A stretch of 40,856 bases of DNA. Origin: a virus. Taxonomy: Duplodnaviria > Caudoviricetes. The DNA lies in IMG/VR virus record IMGVR_UViG_3300044840_000044, positions 1 to 40,856 of that record; one strand, given 5' to 3'. The notes beneath the pieces are model-generated. The model had not been told where the DNA came from and searched no databases. It worked only from the letters and a program-made list of their open reading frames with translations. A program made the position numbers and the translations under genes. Below are positions 26,287 through 34,510 of the stretch, piece by piece (within the stretch, counting starts at the first letter, position 1; each line of letters begins with the position of its first letter).

Positions 26287-27984
26287 ATGAATGGTCCGCA
26301 AACCGCTTTCGCTGAACAACTGCACGCCGAAAAATATCGAACCCATGGGGAGTCATTCAAGGAAGCGATGAACAGGATTGCCGCCGCGCTGACCGACAAG
26401 GAGGAAGATTTCAAACCGTTCCGCGATCTGCTGCTGGATATGCGGTTCCTGCCAGCCGGTAGGGTGCAGGCGGCGGTCGGGGCCACGCGACGAACCACCG
26501 CGTACAACTGCTTTGTATCGGCCGCGATTCAGGACTCGTTCGTTACCGGCAAGGATTCGATCATGGATTGCGCCGCACAGGCGGCGATGACGATGCGGAT
26601 GGGCGGCGGTATCGGTTACGATTTCTCGACACTGCGACCGCGCGGCGCGATGATCAAGAAGCTGCAATCGAAAAGCTCTGGCCCGATTTCGTTCATGGAA
26701 ATCTTCGACGCGGTCGGCCGTGCGACCTCATCGGCCGGGCACAGGCGCGGCGCACAGATGAGCGTGTTACGGGTCGATCATCCCGACATTGAAGAATTCA
26801 TTCACGCCAAGCAGACGCCGGGCTATCTGACCGGCTTCAACATGTCCATCGGGATTACCGACAAGTTCATGGAGTCGCTGGCCAGGAATCGGCCGTTCGA
26901 ACTGACATTCGACGGCGAGGTACACGGCGAGGTCGACGCGGCCCAGCTTTGGGAAATGATTATGCGCTCAACATGGGATTGGGCCGAACCCGGCGTGCTG
27001 TTCATCGACAGGATTAATGCGATGAATAATCTGTGGTACTGCGAAACGATTGCGGCGACCAACCCATGTGGCGAACAGCCGTTGCCGCCCTATGGCGCGT
27101 GCCTGCTCGGTTCGTTCAATCTGCCGAAATACATCACCGGCCGGTCGTTCGAATGGGATCAGTTCCGAAGGGACATCCACATAGCCGTTGCGGCAATGGA
27201 CCGGGTCACCGATGTGTCGCTGTATCCACTGGACGAACAGGAAGCCGAAGCCAAGAGCAAGCGCCGCATGGGGCTTGGCGTCACCGGGCTTGCCAATGCC
27301 ATCGAAGCGATTGGCCCGCGCTATGGCACGCGGGATTTCGTCATCATGGAGTCGCATATTCTTGACGTGTTGCGCGATGAAACCTATCGGGCATCGATGA
27401 TGCTGGCGCGCGAACGCGGTTCGTTCCCGCTGTTCGATGCTGACCGCTACGCGTGCGGCAACTTCATCAAGACCTTGCCGCGTGAACTGCAAAACGACAT
27501 CAGGGAATACGGCATCCGCAACTCGCATCTGACCTCGATTGCGCCAACCGGCACGATCAGCATGGCCGCTGACAATGTATCCAGCGGCATCGAACCGGTG
27601 TTCGCGTTGCGCTCCAATCGCATCGTCAACATGAGCGATGGCGTGCGTGAGGTCGTCAATGAAGATTACGGGCTGGCCCAGTTCGGCGTCGAGGGTAAAA
27701 CCTGCGACATGGTCACGGTGCAGGAACATCTTGATGTGCTGATCGCGGCGGCCTTGCGGGTCGATAGCGCGGTCAGCAAGACATGTAATGTACCGTCCGA
27801 TACACCGTGGTCCGAATTCAAGGCGGCCTATGTGCAAGCCTATGATCGCGGTGCCAAGGGCTGCACTACCTATCGCGTCGGTGGCAAGCGCGAAGGCATC
27901 CTGACCGCCGCAAACGACAACGGCCCCGGTGAAGGGGCCGCGTGTGTCTATGATCCGGCGACTGGGGCTAGGTCGTGCGAGTAG
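26287..27984 (+). CDS. nrdJ: Ribonucleotide reductase, class II (adenosylcobalamin-dependent), compact with no ATP cone
   Basis: FLPAGR, NCFV, GGGIGYDFS.LRP, RRGAQM, TNPCGEQPLPPYGACLLGS, IAPTGTIS, KGCTTYR, C-terminal Cys pair. No small-subunit gene adjacent. Confidence 0.88.
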   Translation: MNGPQTAFAEQLHAEKYRTHGESFKEAMNRIAAALTDKEEDFKPFRDLLLDMRFLPAGRVQAAVGATRRTTAYNCFVSAAIQDSFVTGKDSIMDCAAQAAMTMRMGGGIGYDFSTLRPRGAMIKKLQSKSSGPISFMEIFDAVGRATSSAGHRRGAQMSVLRVDHPDIEEFIHAKQTPGYLTGFNMSIGITDKFMESLARNRPFELTFDGEVHGEVDAAQLWEMIMRSTWDWAEPGVLFIDRINAMNNLWYCETIAATNPCGEQPLPPYGACLLGSFNLPKYITGRSFEWDQFRRDIHIAVAAMDRVTDVSLYPLDEQEAEAKSKRRMGLGVTGLANAIEAIGPRYGTRDFVIMESHILDVLRDETYRASMMLARERGSFPLFDADRYACGNFIKTLPRELQNDIREYGIRNSHLTSIAPTGTISMAADNVSSGIEPVFALRSNRIVNMSDGVREVVNEDYGLAQFGVEGKTCDMVTVQEHLDVLIAAALRVDSAVSKTCNVPSDTPWSEFKAAYVQAYDRGAKGCTTYRVGGKREGILTAANDNGPGEGAACVYDPATGARSCE

Positions 27985-28168
27985 GTTTCGGGGCACGTTC
28001 CAGATCGGCACGATTCCAATAAGTGAAACCATTGAGAGGGCGATCTAACCGTACACCACCGGGAATGTCGCTGATCCACGCCTTGATCTTTGCCGTCTTG
28101 TTTCCTGTGATTAGCATCCGCCCTCGCCGGGTACGTCTCAAACGAACAATCGTGCCTATTCTAATCAT
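27968..28168 (-). CDS. Basic hypothetical protein (66 aa)
   Basis: ATGA-coupled last gene of the leftward operon, convergent with nrdJ. Confidence 0.55.
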   Translation of the reverse strand: MIRIGTIVRLRRTRRGRMLITGNKTAKIKAWISDIPGGVRLDRPLNGFTYWNRADLERAPKPTRTT

Positions 28169-28383
28169 TCCCGCTCCTTGAATCGCACCGGGTTGATTGT
28201 CACGACCATGCCGGTGTTGACCAGCGCTTCAAGTTCGACATGGTTGCCGGTCGTCGACCAGCTTTGCACGCGGATGAAAATGCCTTCTTCGGCGTTCTCA
28301 TCATCGGTCAGTTCGACGATCATGGATTGGCCGCCGTCTTCATAGATGGTGCTGACGATCTTGGTAAAGGTGAAGACGGTCAT
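28165..28383 (-). CDS. Hypothetical protein (72 aa)
   Basis: ATGA coupling on both sides. Confidence 0.65.
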   Translation of the reverse strand: MTVFTFTKIVSTIYEDGGQSMIVELTDDENAEEGIFIRVQSWSTTGNHVELEALVNTGMVVTINPVRFKERE

Positions 28384-28973
28384 GGCTTGAATTCCCTGAG
28401 CGCTGCCGCCACCAATTGTTCGCCGACGTTCGTAGGTAGCTGCGCGCCGTGTCGCCAGTATTCGACGCGGCTATAGGGACGGCCCGGTTTGAATGCGCCG
28501 TTGCTGGCGCTGACCTCGACAATCTTGGTGGTCATCACCGCGACAAATACTTCCGGCGTGTTGACCAACCGTATCGTTTCCGGCGTGTTGAGAATTTCTT
28601 GTGGCAGCGCCTTGCGGCCGATAGCCGGGCCGTGTTGTTCGATCAATGCAGGCCCGACGCCTTGCGCGCTGTATTTCGGCAGGGCGAGATAGGGACAGAC
28701 TTGAAGCGAATAGCGCATGCACTCGGCATGCATCGCAAAGTCATGAAACGATCCGGCCGGATGAAATGCCGATAGCGGCCCGCCAACAAACCAGCGGCCA
28801 CGGAATAGGGATGTTCCGCATACCGAACATAGATTGAGTCGTGGCGCGCTCTCTTGCTTGTCTTCATCGTTGATCGAAAACAGCGGCTTGTCGCCTTTCC
28901 ACACCACCATGAATGGCACGGCAACGCCGCGCCACGTTTTCAGATGCTGCATCCGTTCCGGTATCGGGATCAT
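28380..28973 (-). CDS. Zn-binding hypothetical protein (CxxC...HxEC...CP.L)
   Basis: Start MIPIPERM overlaps the upstream TGA. LCSVCG and MHAECMRYSLQVCPYL motifs. Confidence 0.7.
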   Translation of the reverse strand: MIPIPERMQHLKTWRGVAVPFMVVWKGDKPLFSINDEDKQESAPRLNLCSVCGTSLFRGRWFVGGPLSAFHPAGSFHDFAMHAECMRYSLQVCPYLALPKYSAQGVGPALIEQHGPAIGRKALPQEILNTPETIRLVNTPEVFVAVMTTKIVEVSASNGAFKPGRPYSRVEYWRHGAQLPTNVGEQLVAAALREFKP

Positions 28974-29470
28974 TGCGCCTGTGCCCATTGCATGGCTTCG
29001 ATGACCTTCGCGATAAGGTCGCTCGTATTTGACTCCCCAAGGTACGCGGCAAACGGGTCGATTGCTTCGCGCGCCTTGTCTTCCCATAGCTTGCGCTTGG
29101 CCGCGTCGGCTTCGTCAATCTCCCGCTGCCGCTTGTCCTTGTCCTGTACCGCCGCCTTGCGCACGATATCCGGGTGCAACAGATCACCGGCTGTCACCAT
29201 CGCGATCACGGCATCGCGCAAGGCTTTGTCAATCCCGGCCTTGTTCTTGGCATAGGCGGCCCAATAGGTGCGGCGATGAACCGGACCCTTCGGCGGTGGC
29301 GTGTGCCGCACCGACACGCCAGCCGCGTTCTTGAAGCTGAACTTGCTGCCGTGGCGGCCTTCCGGCATTGCGCGGGCCTCGCCCCACACAACGCCGTCGA
29401 TCATGATCTGGCGATATATACCATAACCGGGAAATTCGATCTTGGCCTTGGTGATATCAGCGTGACTCAT
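28970..29470 (-). CDS. Hypothetical protein (166 aa)
   Basis: GGAGG SD and ATGA coupling. Confidence 0.7.
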   Translation of the reverse strand: MSHADITKAKIEFPGYGIYRQIMIDGVVWGEARAMPEGRHGSKFSFKNAAGVSVRHTPPPKGPVHRRTYWAAYAKNKAGIDKALRDAVIAMVTAGDLLHPDIVRKAAVQDKDKRQREIDEADAAKRKLWEDKAREAIDPFAAYLGESNTSDLIAKVIEAMQWAQAQ

Positions 29471-29661
29471 TCGACCTCCAATCCGTCGTTGGCAGCACCA
29501 TCCAAGATCGCGCCGACGTAGCGCGGCTCAACCGCGATGCCACCGCCCCAGTGTGCCCAGCCTTCCGCCTGAACGTTCTGTTCAAGCCATTCCTTGCCAG
29601 CCTCAGACACTCCGGCCAGAATGCCGATGGTACCGTGGTTCGTGTAAGTCAGATCAGCCAT
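29467..29661 (-). CDS. Hypothetical protein (64 aa)
   Basis: AAGGAG SD, coupled to neighbours. Confidence 0.7.
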   Translation of the reverse strand: MADLTYTNHGTIGILAGVSEAGKEWLEQNVQAEGWAHWGGGIAVEPRYVGAILDGAANDGLEVE

Positions 29662-29959
29662 TCACAATCTCCTTGTTTGCACAACGCTGCCGCGACAGTT
29701 CATCGCGGATGGCTTCGGTCGTCTTGCGAAGCTCGCCATACCACGGTGCATCAGCAACAATGGCATCGCCTTCGAAACGATAGCGGCCGGTCTGATACAT
29801 GGCTGCATCGAGGGCGTTCAAGACGCTGACCAGACGGTTGCCTGAAATTGACAGAACAATCGTGCGGTCGGCGGGATTGTCGGGCGCGGCGAGATTCATA
29901 AGCGATGCCTCCGGTGGTGGCGACATCGAAAAGATGTCGCCGATTTCATACTTAGTCAT
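29654..29959 (-). CDS. Hypothetical protein (101 aa)
   Basis: ATGA coupling within the operon. Confidence 0.65.
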   Translation of the reverse strand: MTKYEIGDIFSMSPPPEASLMNLAAPDNPADRTIVLSISGNRLVSVLNALDAAMYQTGRYRFEGDAIVADAPWYGELRKTTEAIRDELSRQRCANKEIVNG

Positions 29960-30141
29960 TTGGTAACGGCCCTCAGTTCGGCCGCGATCTGTTGCAAGCG
30001 CGACAGTCGCGTGCCTTGTTGCGTGGTCGGCTTGCCAGCGATGATCGCTTCGGCATCCGCGACCAGATCGGTGGCGCGTGTTTTCCGCGCGGCTGGCAAC
30101 AGCGCGCGGATTTCGTTTTCTAGTGCGATGACTTCCTGCAT
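29956..30141 (-). CDS. Hypothetical protein (61 aa, MQEVIALE...)
   Basis: GAGGA SD and TAATG overlap. Confidence 0.65.
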   Translation of the reverse strand: MQEVIALENEIRALLPAARKTRATDLVADAEAIIAGKPTTQQGTRLSRLQQIAAELRAVTK

Positions 30142-30524
30142 TACGCGTTCCTCAATTCTGCCTTGTCGGCGATTTCGCTGGCACCCTTCAACACGGCTTC
30201 GATGTTGACCGTCCAATCGGCCATGACATCCCAACCTTCGTTGCCGTAAACGAACCGCACCCAGCCGACCCGCTTGCCGTCCTTGTAGAACAACAAGTAT
30301 TCATCATCGGTCGCGAACATTTCGTCGACCACCTTTTTGAACTCGGAACAGTTTTCCAGTTCGGCTTCATCGCCGCCGTTATCGATGCCCAGCGCGTACC
30401 CTGCCGCCAGTGCATCCTTAACCACGGCGCGTGCGATCTGCTTTTCCAGCGCGATACGCCGCTTGTTGGCACGTTCGGCTTTCGCCTTCCGGGCTTCGGC
30501 GAGGGCTTCTAAACTGTTCGTCAT
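30141..30524 (-). CDS. Hypothetical protein (127 aa), first gene of leftward operon
   Basis: GAGGA SD before ATG 30524. GWVRFVYGNEGWDVMADW. Confidence 0.75.
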   Translation of the reverse strand: MTNSLEALAEARKAKAERANKRRIALEKQIARAVVKDALAAGYALGIDNGGDEAELENCSEFKKVVDEMFATDDEYLLFYKDGKRVGWVRFVYGNEGWDVMADWTVNIEAVLKGASEIADKAELRNA

Positions 30525-30649
30525 GGCGTGATCCTCGTAGTTGTTTCGTGAACGGCTTGATTGCCAAACCTCCAAAGCCAACCCCGTTGCCGGTGCCTAG
30601 TGGCAGTGGAACTTCCAAGCCGTCTTCGGAACCAACCTCCTACCCAACC

Positions 30650-30678
30650 TATATAGGGCATGGTGCCCTAGTATGCAA
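30650..30678 (-). promoter_or_regulatory. Leftward sigma70-like promoter with an inverted repeat in the spacer
   Basis: Minus strand TTGCAT-17 nt-TATATA. TAGGGCA-TGG-TGCCCTA palindrome at 30654-30670. Confidence 0.7.
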
Positions 30679-30708
30679 GGGTTTTCTTCGGCCTGAGTTA
30701 TCCCCAAT

Positions 30709-30755
30709 GTGAGCAAAATTGCTCACCTTGACGCCACCCCTGAAAGTTGTATGCT
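30709..30755 (+). promoter_or_regulatory. Motif site 1 plus rightward promoter
   Basis: GTGAGCAA-AA-TTGCTCAC (30709-30726), then TTGACG-16 nt-TATGCT. Confidence 0.75.
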
Positions 30756-30786
30756 TCGACACTCAACCGTAAAAAGAAGGGGACAC

Positions 30787-31206
30787 ATGGCAAAACCACC
30801 GCCTATCCTAGTCGAATATGAAATCCAGCCGGAAGCATGGGCCGCTTTCCTGATGACCGGCGCGTCACGCATGACGATCAAGATACCGGAACCGAAACAA
30901 CCGAAACCAAGTTTGACCAATGGCTCGGCCCATACCGCGCCATTGCTGTTGGCAGGTCCGAAAGGCCAGAAGAAAAAACTAACCGGGTCAGCGATGACGC
31001 TGGCTTATCTGGCCGCACACAAAAATCGCGCCGTGACCAATGCAGAGTTGAACAAGAACGTTACCGATCAGGGCATGAACAAAAACGTGGTGTCGGTTGC
31101 CATGAACGGCTTTCTAAAAAAGGGCTATGTCGAACGCGTCGGACTCGGCCTTTACAAAATCCTCAAGGAAGGAATCGAACACCACAAGGGCAAGCAACAT
31201 GGTTAG
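30787..31206 (+). CDS. Putative winged-helix DNA-binding protein
   Basis: AAGGGGA SD. Basic C-terminal domain VTNAEL..VSVAM..L.KGYVERVGLGLYK. Confidence 0.65.
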   Translation: MAKPPPILVEYEIQPEAWAAFLMTGASRMTIKIPEPKQPKPSLTNGSAHTAPLLLAGPKGQKKKLTGSAMTLAYLAAHKNRAVTNAELNKNVTDQGMNKNVVSVAMNGFLKKGYVERVGLGLYKILKEGIEHHKGKQHG

Positions 31207-31567
31207 GTCATCCCGAAAAAATGGATATCGGTTTTATCCAATCGTCAAGCAAGACCCGATCTGCGACAAGATGAAAACCGTCATTCAGGATGAGGGGTTT
31301 GATCCTCGAAGCAGCAAGGACATGCAACGCCTTTCCTATCTGACAGGCGTTTCGAGTTCGACTTACGGCAACATCTTCGATCACGTCACCCGAATGCCAC
31401 GGCATTCGACCATTGGCGCGACGATTAGCGGACTTGGTTATCGCGAAGTGTTCGTCAAGGACACCAAGAAAAAAATCGACCGTGAAAAAGCAATCGAACA
31501 AGGCATTGCTGAAATCAAGGCACAGCGAAAACGATTGGAACGGCATCGCAACAACGGCAAGGGGTAA
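31199..31567 (+). CDS. XRE/Cro-like HTH protein
   Basis: MQRLSYLTGVSSSTYGNIFD..TRMPRHSTI..ISGLGY. Confidence 0.7.
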   Translation: MVRSSRKNGYRFYPIVKQDPICDKMKTVIQDEGFDPRSSKDMQRLSYLTGVSSSTYGNIFDHVTRMPRHSTIGATISGLGYREVFVKDTKKKIDREKAIEQGIAEIKAQRKRLERHRNNGKG

Positions 31568-31574
31568 ACCGACC

Positions 31575-31958
31575 ATGGTGAAGATAGTCAAAAAGATGAA
31601 GCAACGCAGTGCCGGGAAACCTGATATTGAACTCGGCAAGCGGATCAGACTGCGCCGAACCGAAATGAAAATCTCGCAAGCCGAACTCGGCGAAAAGCTC
31701 GGCGTCTCTTTCCAGCAAGTGCAGAAGTACGAAAAGGGCGTCAACCGGGTCGGTGCATCGCGGTTGACGCAGATCGCCACGGCGCTGAACGTGCCGATTA
31801 CGTTTTTCTACGACGGCGACGGCAAGCAGCGTGAGGTCGAAAGTCTGCTGTTCTTGGATTCGAGTTTCAGCCTGCGATTGTTGCGGGCTTACGCCAAGGT
31901 CAAGGATCAGGCCGTGCAACGTCAGTTCGTATCCTTGATCGAAAGCATCGCAGGATGA
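31575..31958 (+). CDS. Host-like XRE-family transcriptional regulator (PraR-like rhizobial group)
   Basis: DIELGKRIRLRR..SQAELGEKLGVSFQQVQKYEKGVNRVGASRL..TFFYDG. Confidence 0.9.
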   Translation: MVKIVKKMKQRSAGKPDIELGKRIRLRRTEMKISQAELGEKLGVSFQQVQKYEKGVNRVGASRLTQIATALNVPITFFYDGDGKQREVESLLFLDSSFSLRLLRAYAKVKDQAVQRQFVSLIESIAG

Positions 31959-32185
31959 GCAACCATCTGCCGCGTATCGATGAGGTTTCGGTCGACGAAG
32001 GCGGCGATGGCGTCATGTCCGTGCAGCTTGGCAACACCCATTTCCCATTGATCGCGGCAGACCCGGCACGACTTGCCAGTCTGATCCCGATGGCCAAAGA
32101 TGCGGCTGCCGCTGGTCGCACGGTGGTGCGGCTGGTCAAGTTCACCACGCGTGAAGAAATCGACGTGTACGGCCATGCCAACTGA
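31955..32185 (+). CDS. Hypothetical protein (76 aa)
   Basis: ATGA coupling. Confidence 0.65.
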   Translation: MSNHLPRIDEVSVDEGGDGVMSVQLGNTHFPLIAADPARLASLIPMAKDAAAAGRTVVRLVKFTTREEIDVYGHAN

Positions 32186-32438
32186 TCTGCCTGACCTTAG
32201 ACAGAAGATTAAGCGTTCGTCAGACTTCACGTCTGACGAACGTGAGTTGTTACTGAGTCGGCTGGCGGATCATAACTATCCGTCACGGTATCCCCCCGGT
32301 ACGCATTGGGCCACTGATGAAGCGTGGCGCATACTCGATTATTTGCCAGCCAATGCCATGAACGAAGATCACCGCGCCTTGTTAGGTGGTATGATCGCTG
32401 GCGCATTGATGAGAATTAAACCAGATGCCACCAACTGA
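32175..32438 (+). CDS. Hypothetical protein (87 aa, MPTDLPD...)
   Basis: Overlaps both neighbours and is flanked by 14-bp direct repeats. Confidence 0.6.
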   Translation: MPTDLPDLRQKIKRSSDFTSDERELLLSRLADHNYPSRYPPGTHWATDEAWRILDYLPANAMNEDHRALLGGMIAGALMRIKPDATN

Positions 32439-33297
32439 TCTGCCGCCAGACCCCAGCCGACGTAATCAGCCGGTTTCTAAAGAGATATGGGACAAGCGCC
32501 ACCAGCTAGAGCGCGAACTCAAGGAATTCGAAAGCGCCAAGGCGCTGGTCATGACCACGATGTTTGCGTGGCTTGATGGCCATGAACCGGTGTGGCCCTA
32601 CGCGCGCATCCTGCACGACTGGGGACCGGACTTCGAAATGTATCGCAGAAACTGGAATAAGCCGCTGCCAGATTTTGCGCGTACCATTGCCATGCATCAG
32701 TTGCGCGACCTCTGGATTCAGGAATTCGGTTTCTCGATTCCGTGTGCCGAACTACTCGACGAACTCGCCACATCCAAGTTTGTCGTCGAGGTCGGCGCGG
32801 GGACCGGATTCATGACGCGGCTGATGAAGCATCGCGGGATCAAGGTCATCGGTACCGATATCGAATGGCGCGGACCTAACCATTACCGGTTTGAGACTGG
32901 CCGGTATGATTCAGAACAGATCGGCGGCTTACAGGGCAAGACCGCCGTGCGACGTTTCCGCGATGCCGACACGATTTTCTGTTCGTGGCCAACCTATGAC
33001 CACACATGGTTTCGTCAGATGCTGAAAGCCATGCGGATCGGTCAGCGGCTGATCGTGATCCGCGAAGACGCGACCGGCGACGACACGGCTTGGCAGTATT
33101 ACGATGCCTGCTTTGAGCGGATCAAGGATATCGACATCCCGGCGTTCTATCATCTGAACGATTACGCCGATGTCGCGATCAAGAAAAAGCAGAACGGCAA
33201 GCACGACAAGTACGAGCCAAGGCCGTCGTTCAAGGAGTCGATGGCACTGTTGAGGGAAGCGACGGCGAAGTTGAAGGATGCAGCCGTCCCCAAGTGA
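32425..33297 (+). CDS. Class I SAM-dependent methyltransferase-like protein, substrate unknown
   Basis: Motif I VVEVGAGTGF, IGTD, and IFCSWPTY at the motif IV position. Confidence 0.75.
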   Translation: MPPTDLPPDPSRRNQPVSKEIWDKRHQLERELKEFESAKALVMTTMFAWLDGHEPVWPYARILHDWGPDFEMYRRNWNKPLPDFARTIAMHQLRDLWIQEFGFSIPCAELLDELATSKFVVEVGAGTGFMTRLMKHRGIKVIGTDIEWRGPNHYRFETGRYDSEQIGGLQGKTAVRRFRDADTIFCSWPTYDHTWFRQMLKAMRIGQRLIVIREDATGDDTAWQYYDACFERIKDIDIPAFYHLNDYADVAIKKKQNGKHDKYEPRPSFKESMALLREATAKLKDAAVPK

Positions 33298-33499
33298 TCG
33301 CTATCCAGCCTTTTTCAACACCGCTGACGAAGGCCAATGCTTCCGACTTCGTATAAAATTCCCCGGTGATATCGCCACCACCACCGCTCCAAAGTATTTC
33401 AACCTGCCATCGGCCGATATGCTGAATCGATCCGACCACGCGATCATTCTCTTGAATCAATGTCGTGTCCGGTGCCACATCAACGGCTTGCCATGTCAT
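33230..33499 (-). CDS. Hypothetical protein (89 aa)
   Basis: ATGA-coupled start. 3' end overlaps the convergent methyltransferase gene. Confidence 0.55.
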   Translation of the reverse strand: MTWQAVDVAPDTTLIQENDRVVGSIQHIGRWQVEILWSGGGGDITGEFYTKSEALAFVSGVEKGWIAITWGRLHPSTSPSLPSTVPSTP

Positions 33500-33705
33500 G
33501 TGTGCGACACCGCGATGTGGACGTGTGCTTCGTCCATAGTTGACCACTGGTGCGGGCTATCGATGTTCAAGCCATGGTTGGCAATACAAACCCGGCAGGC
33601 CCATGTCACTTTTTTACCGGGCCAGCTAACCGGCACCGGCACTCGCCATTTGATGATCGAAGTCATCACATTGTTTTCGAGGTCGTCTAGGGTATAGCGG
33701 GTCAT
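33496..33705 (-). CDS. Small C2H2-like zinc-finger protein (69 aa)
   Basis: WACRVC...AHVHIAVSH. Coupled to neighbours. Confidence 0.6.
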   Translation of the reverse strand: MTRYTLDDLENNVMTSIIKWRVPVPVSWPGKKVTWACRVCIANHGLNIDSPHQWSTMDEAHVHIAVSHT

Positions 33706-33986
33706 GGTTTTGTTCGGTTCAACAACACGTGTGATCTGGCTTTCTGAATTTGCCAAATGCGCTTGTCACCAGCGATTTGATACATTTCATCAGAGGTCAA
33801 TTCGCGCACGGTCATGTCGGCATTGAATCCCATAAGGTGACCGCACATCAAACACACCGACACGTCGCCGGGCTTCGGCTGGCGACCTCCCATGGTCGTT
33901 GAAGCGGAGTCAATCCGATAGCGGCAAGCCAGACACCTATTGACCTTCGTTCGGAACGTCTTGATGCTACTGCCGCGTTTGGTCAT
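33702..33986 (-). CDS. Zinc-ribbon protein (94 aa)
   Basis: CLAC...PKPGDVSVCLMCG. Confidence 0.65.
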   Translation of the reverse strand: MTKRGSSIKTFRTKVNRCLACRYRIDSASTTMGGRQPKPGDVSVCLMCGHLMGFNADMTVRELTSDEMYQIAGDKRIWQIQKARSHVLLNRTKP

Positions 33987-34206
33987 GATCGCGCTGCCGT
34001 TGAATTTCATCGAACAGGTCCGTGACCGACTGATGTAATCGGGCAGCGGCACTGTGCATCCAAATCCCCGCACCGACAGCACCGACTCCAATCCACAACA
34101 TTGGCGCGAACGGTTCATCGCGCAACGCATAGGCGTTTGCTACGAGGAAGAACAGTACAAGGCACATCTGCACCAGTCGCCAGTCAGTGCCGGGTCGGTT
34201 TGTCAT
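33967..34206 (-). CDS. Small two-TM membrane protein
   Basis: LVQMCLVLFFLVANAYAL and MLWIGVGAVGAGIWM. Confidence 0.6.
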   Translation of the reverse strand: MTNRPGTDWRLVQMCLVLFFLVANAYALRDEPFAPMLWIGVGAVGAGIWMHSAAARLHQSVTDLFDEIQRQRDHDQTRQ

Positions 34207-34510
34207 TGTCGTCACCGGGTTGCATGGGGATGAATTCGATACGGCCTTGGTTGATGGCCTTTTGCAGTTCGGCAGCGGCGAGGTTCGCAAGGTCTCTGGC
34301 GATTTCCATTTCTTTCATCACGGCATGCATGCGCTGTGTTTGGCTGGCGATGATGGGACGCATCGCAAGGCTGAACGCGACGAAGCCAAGACAGAAACAA
34401 TTGATGGCCATTTGGAAGCCGTGATTGGTCAGGCTGTTGTGGCCAGCTTCAAGCGTTAGAAATGTGATGATGATCCATTGACCTACAGTGAGCCACCACG
34501 GTTGTTTCAT
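34184..34510 (-). CDS. Two-TM membrane protein with C-terminal coiled coil
   Basis: WWLTVGQWIIITFLTL and MAINCFCLGFVAFSLAM. ATGA coupling. Confidence 0.65.
   Translation of the reverse strand: MKQPWWLTVGQWIIITFLTLEAGHNSLTNHGFQMAINCFCLGFVAFSLAMRPIIASQTQRMHAVMKEMEIARDLANLAAAELQKAINQGRIEFIPMQPGDDNDKPTRH

Noticed and set aside
26968-28032. 354-aa minus-strand ORF
   Set aside because: Antisense shadow of nrdJ.
30709-30726. Resemblance to the lac operator (GTGAGC..GCTCAC), i.e. vector contamination
   Set aside because: The spacing differs, five natural variants occur in consistent context, and no vector sequence or LacI-family gene is present.
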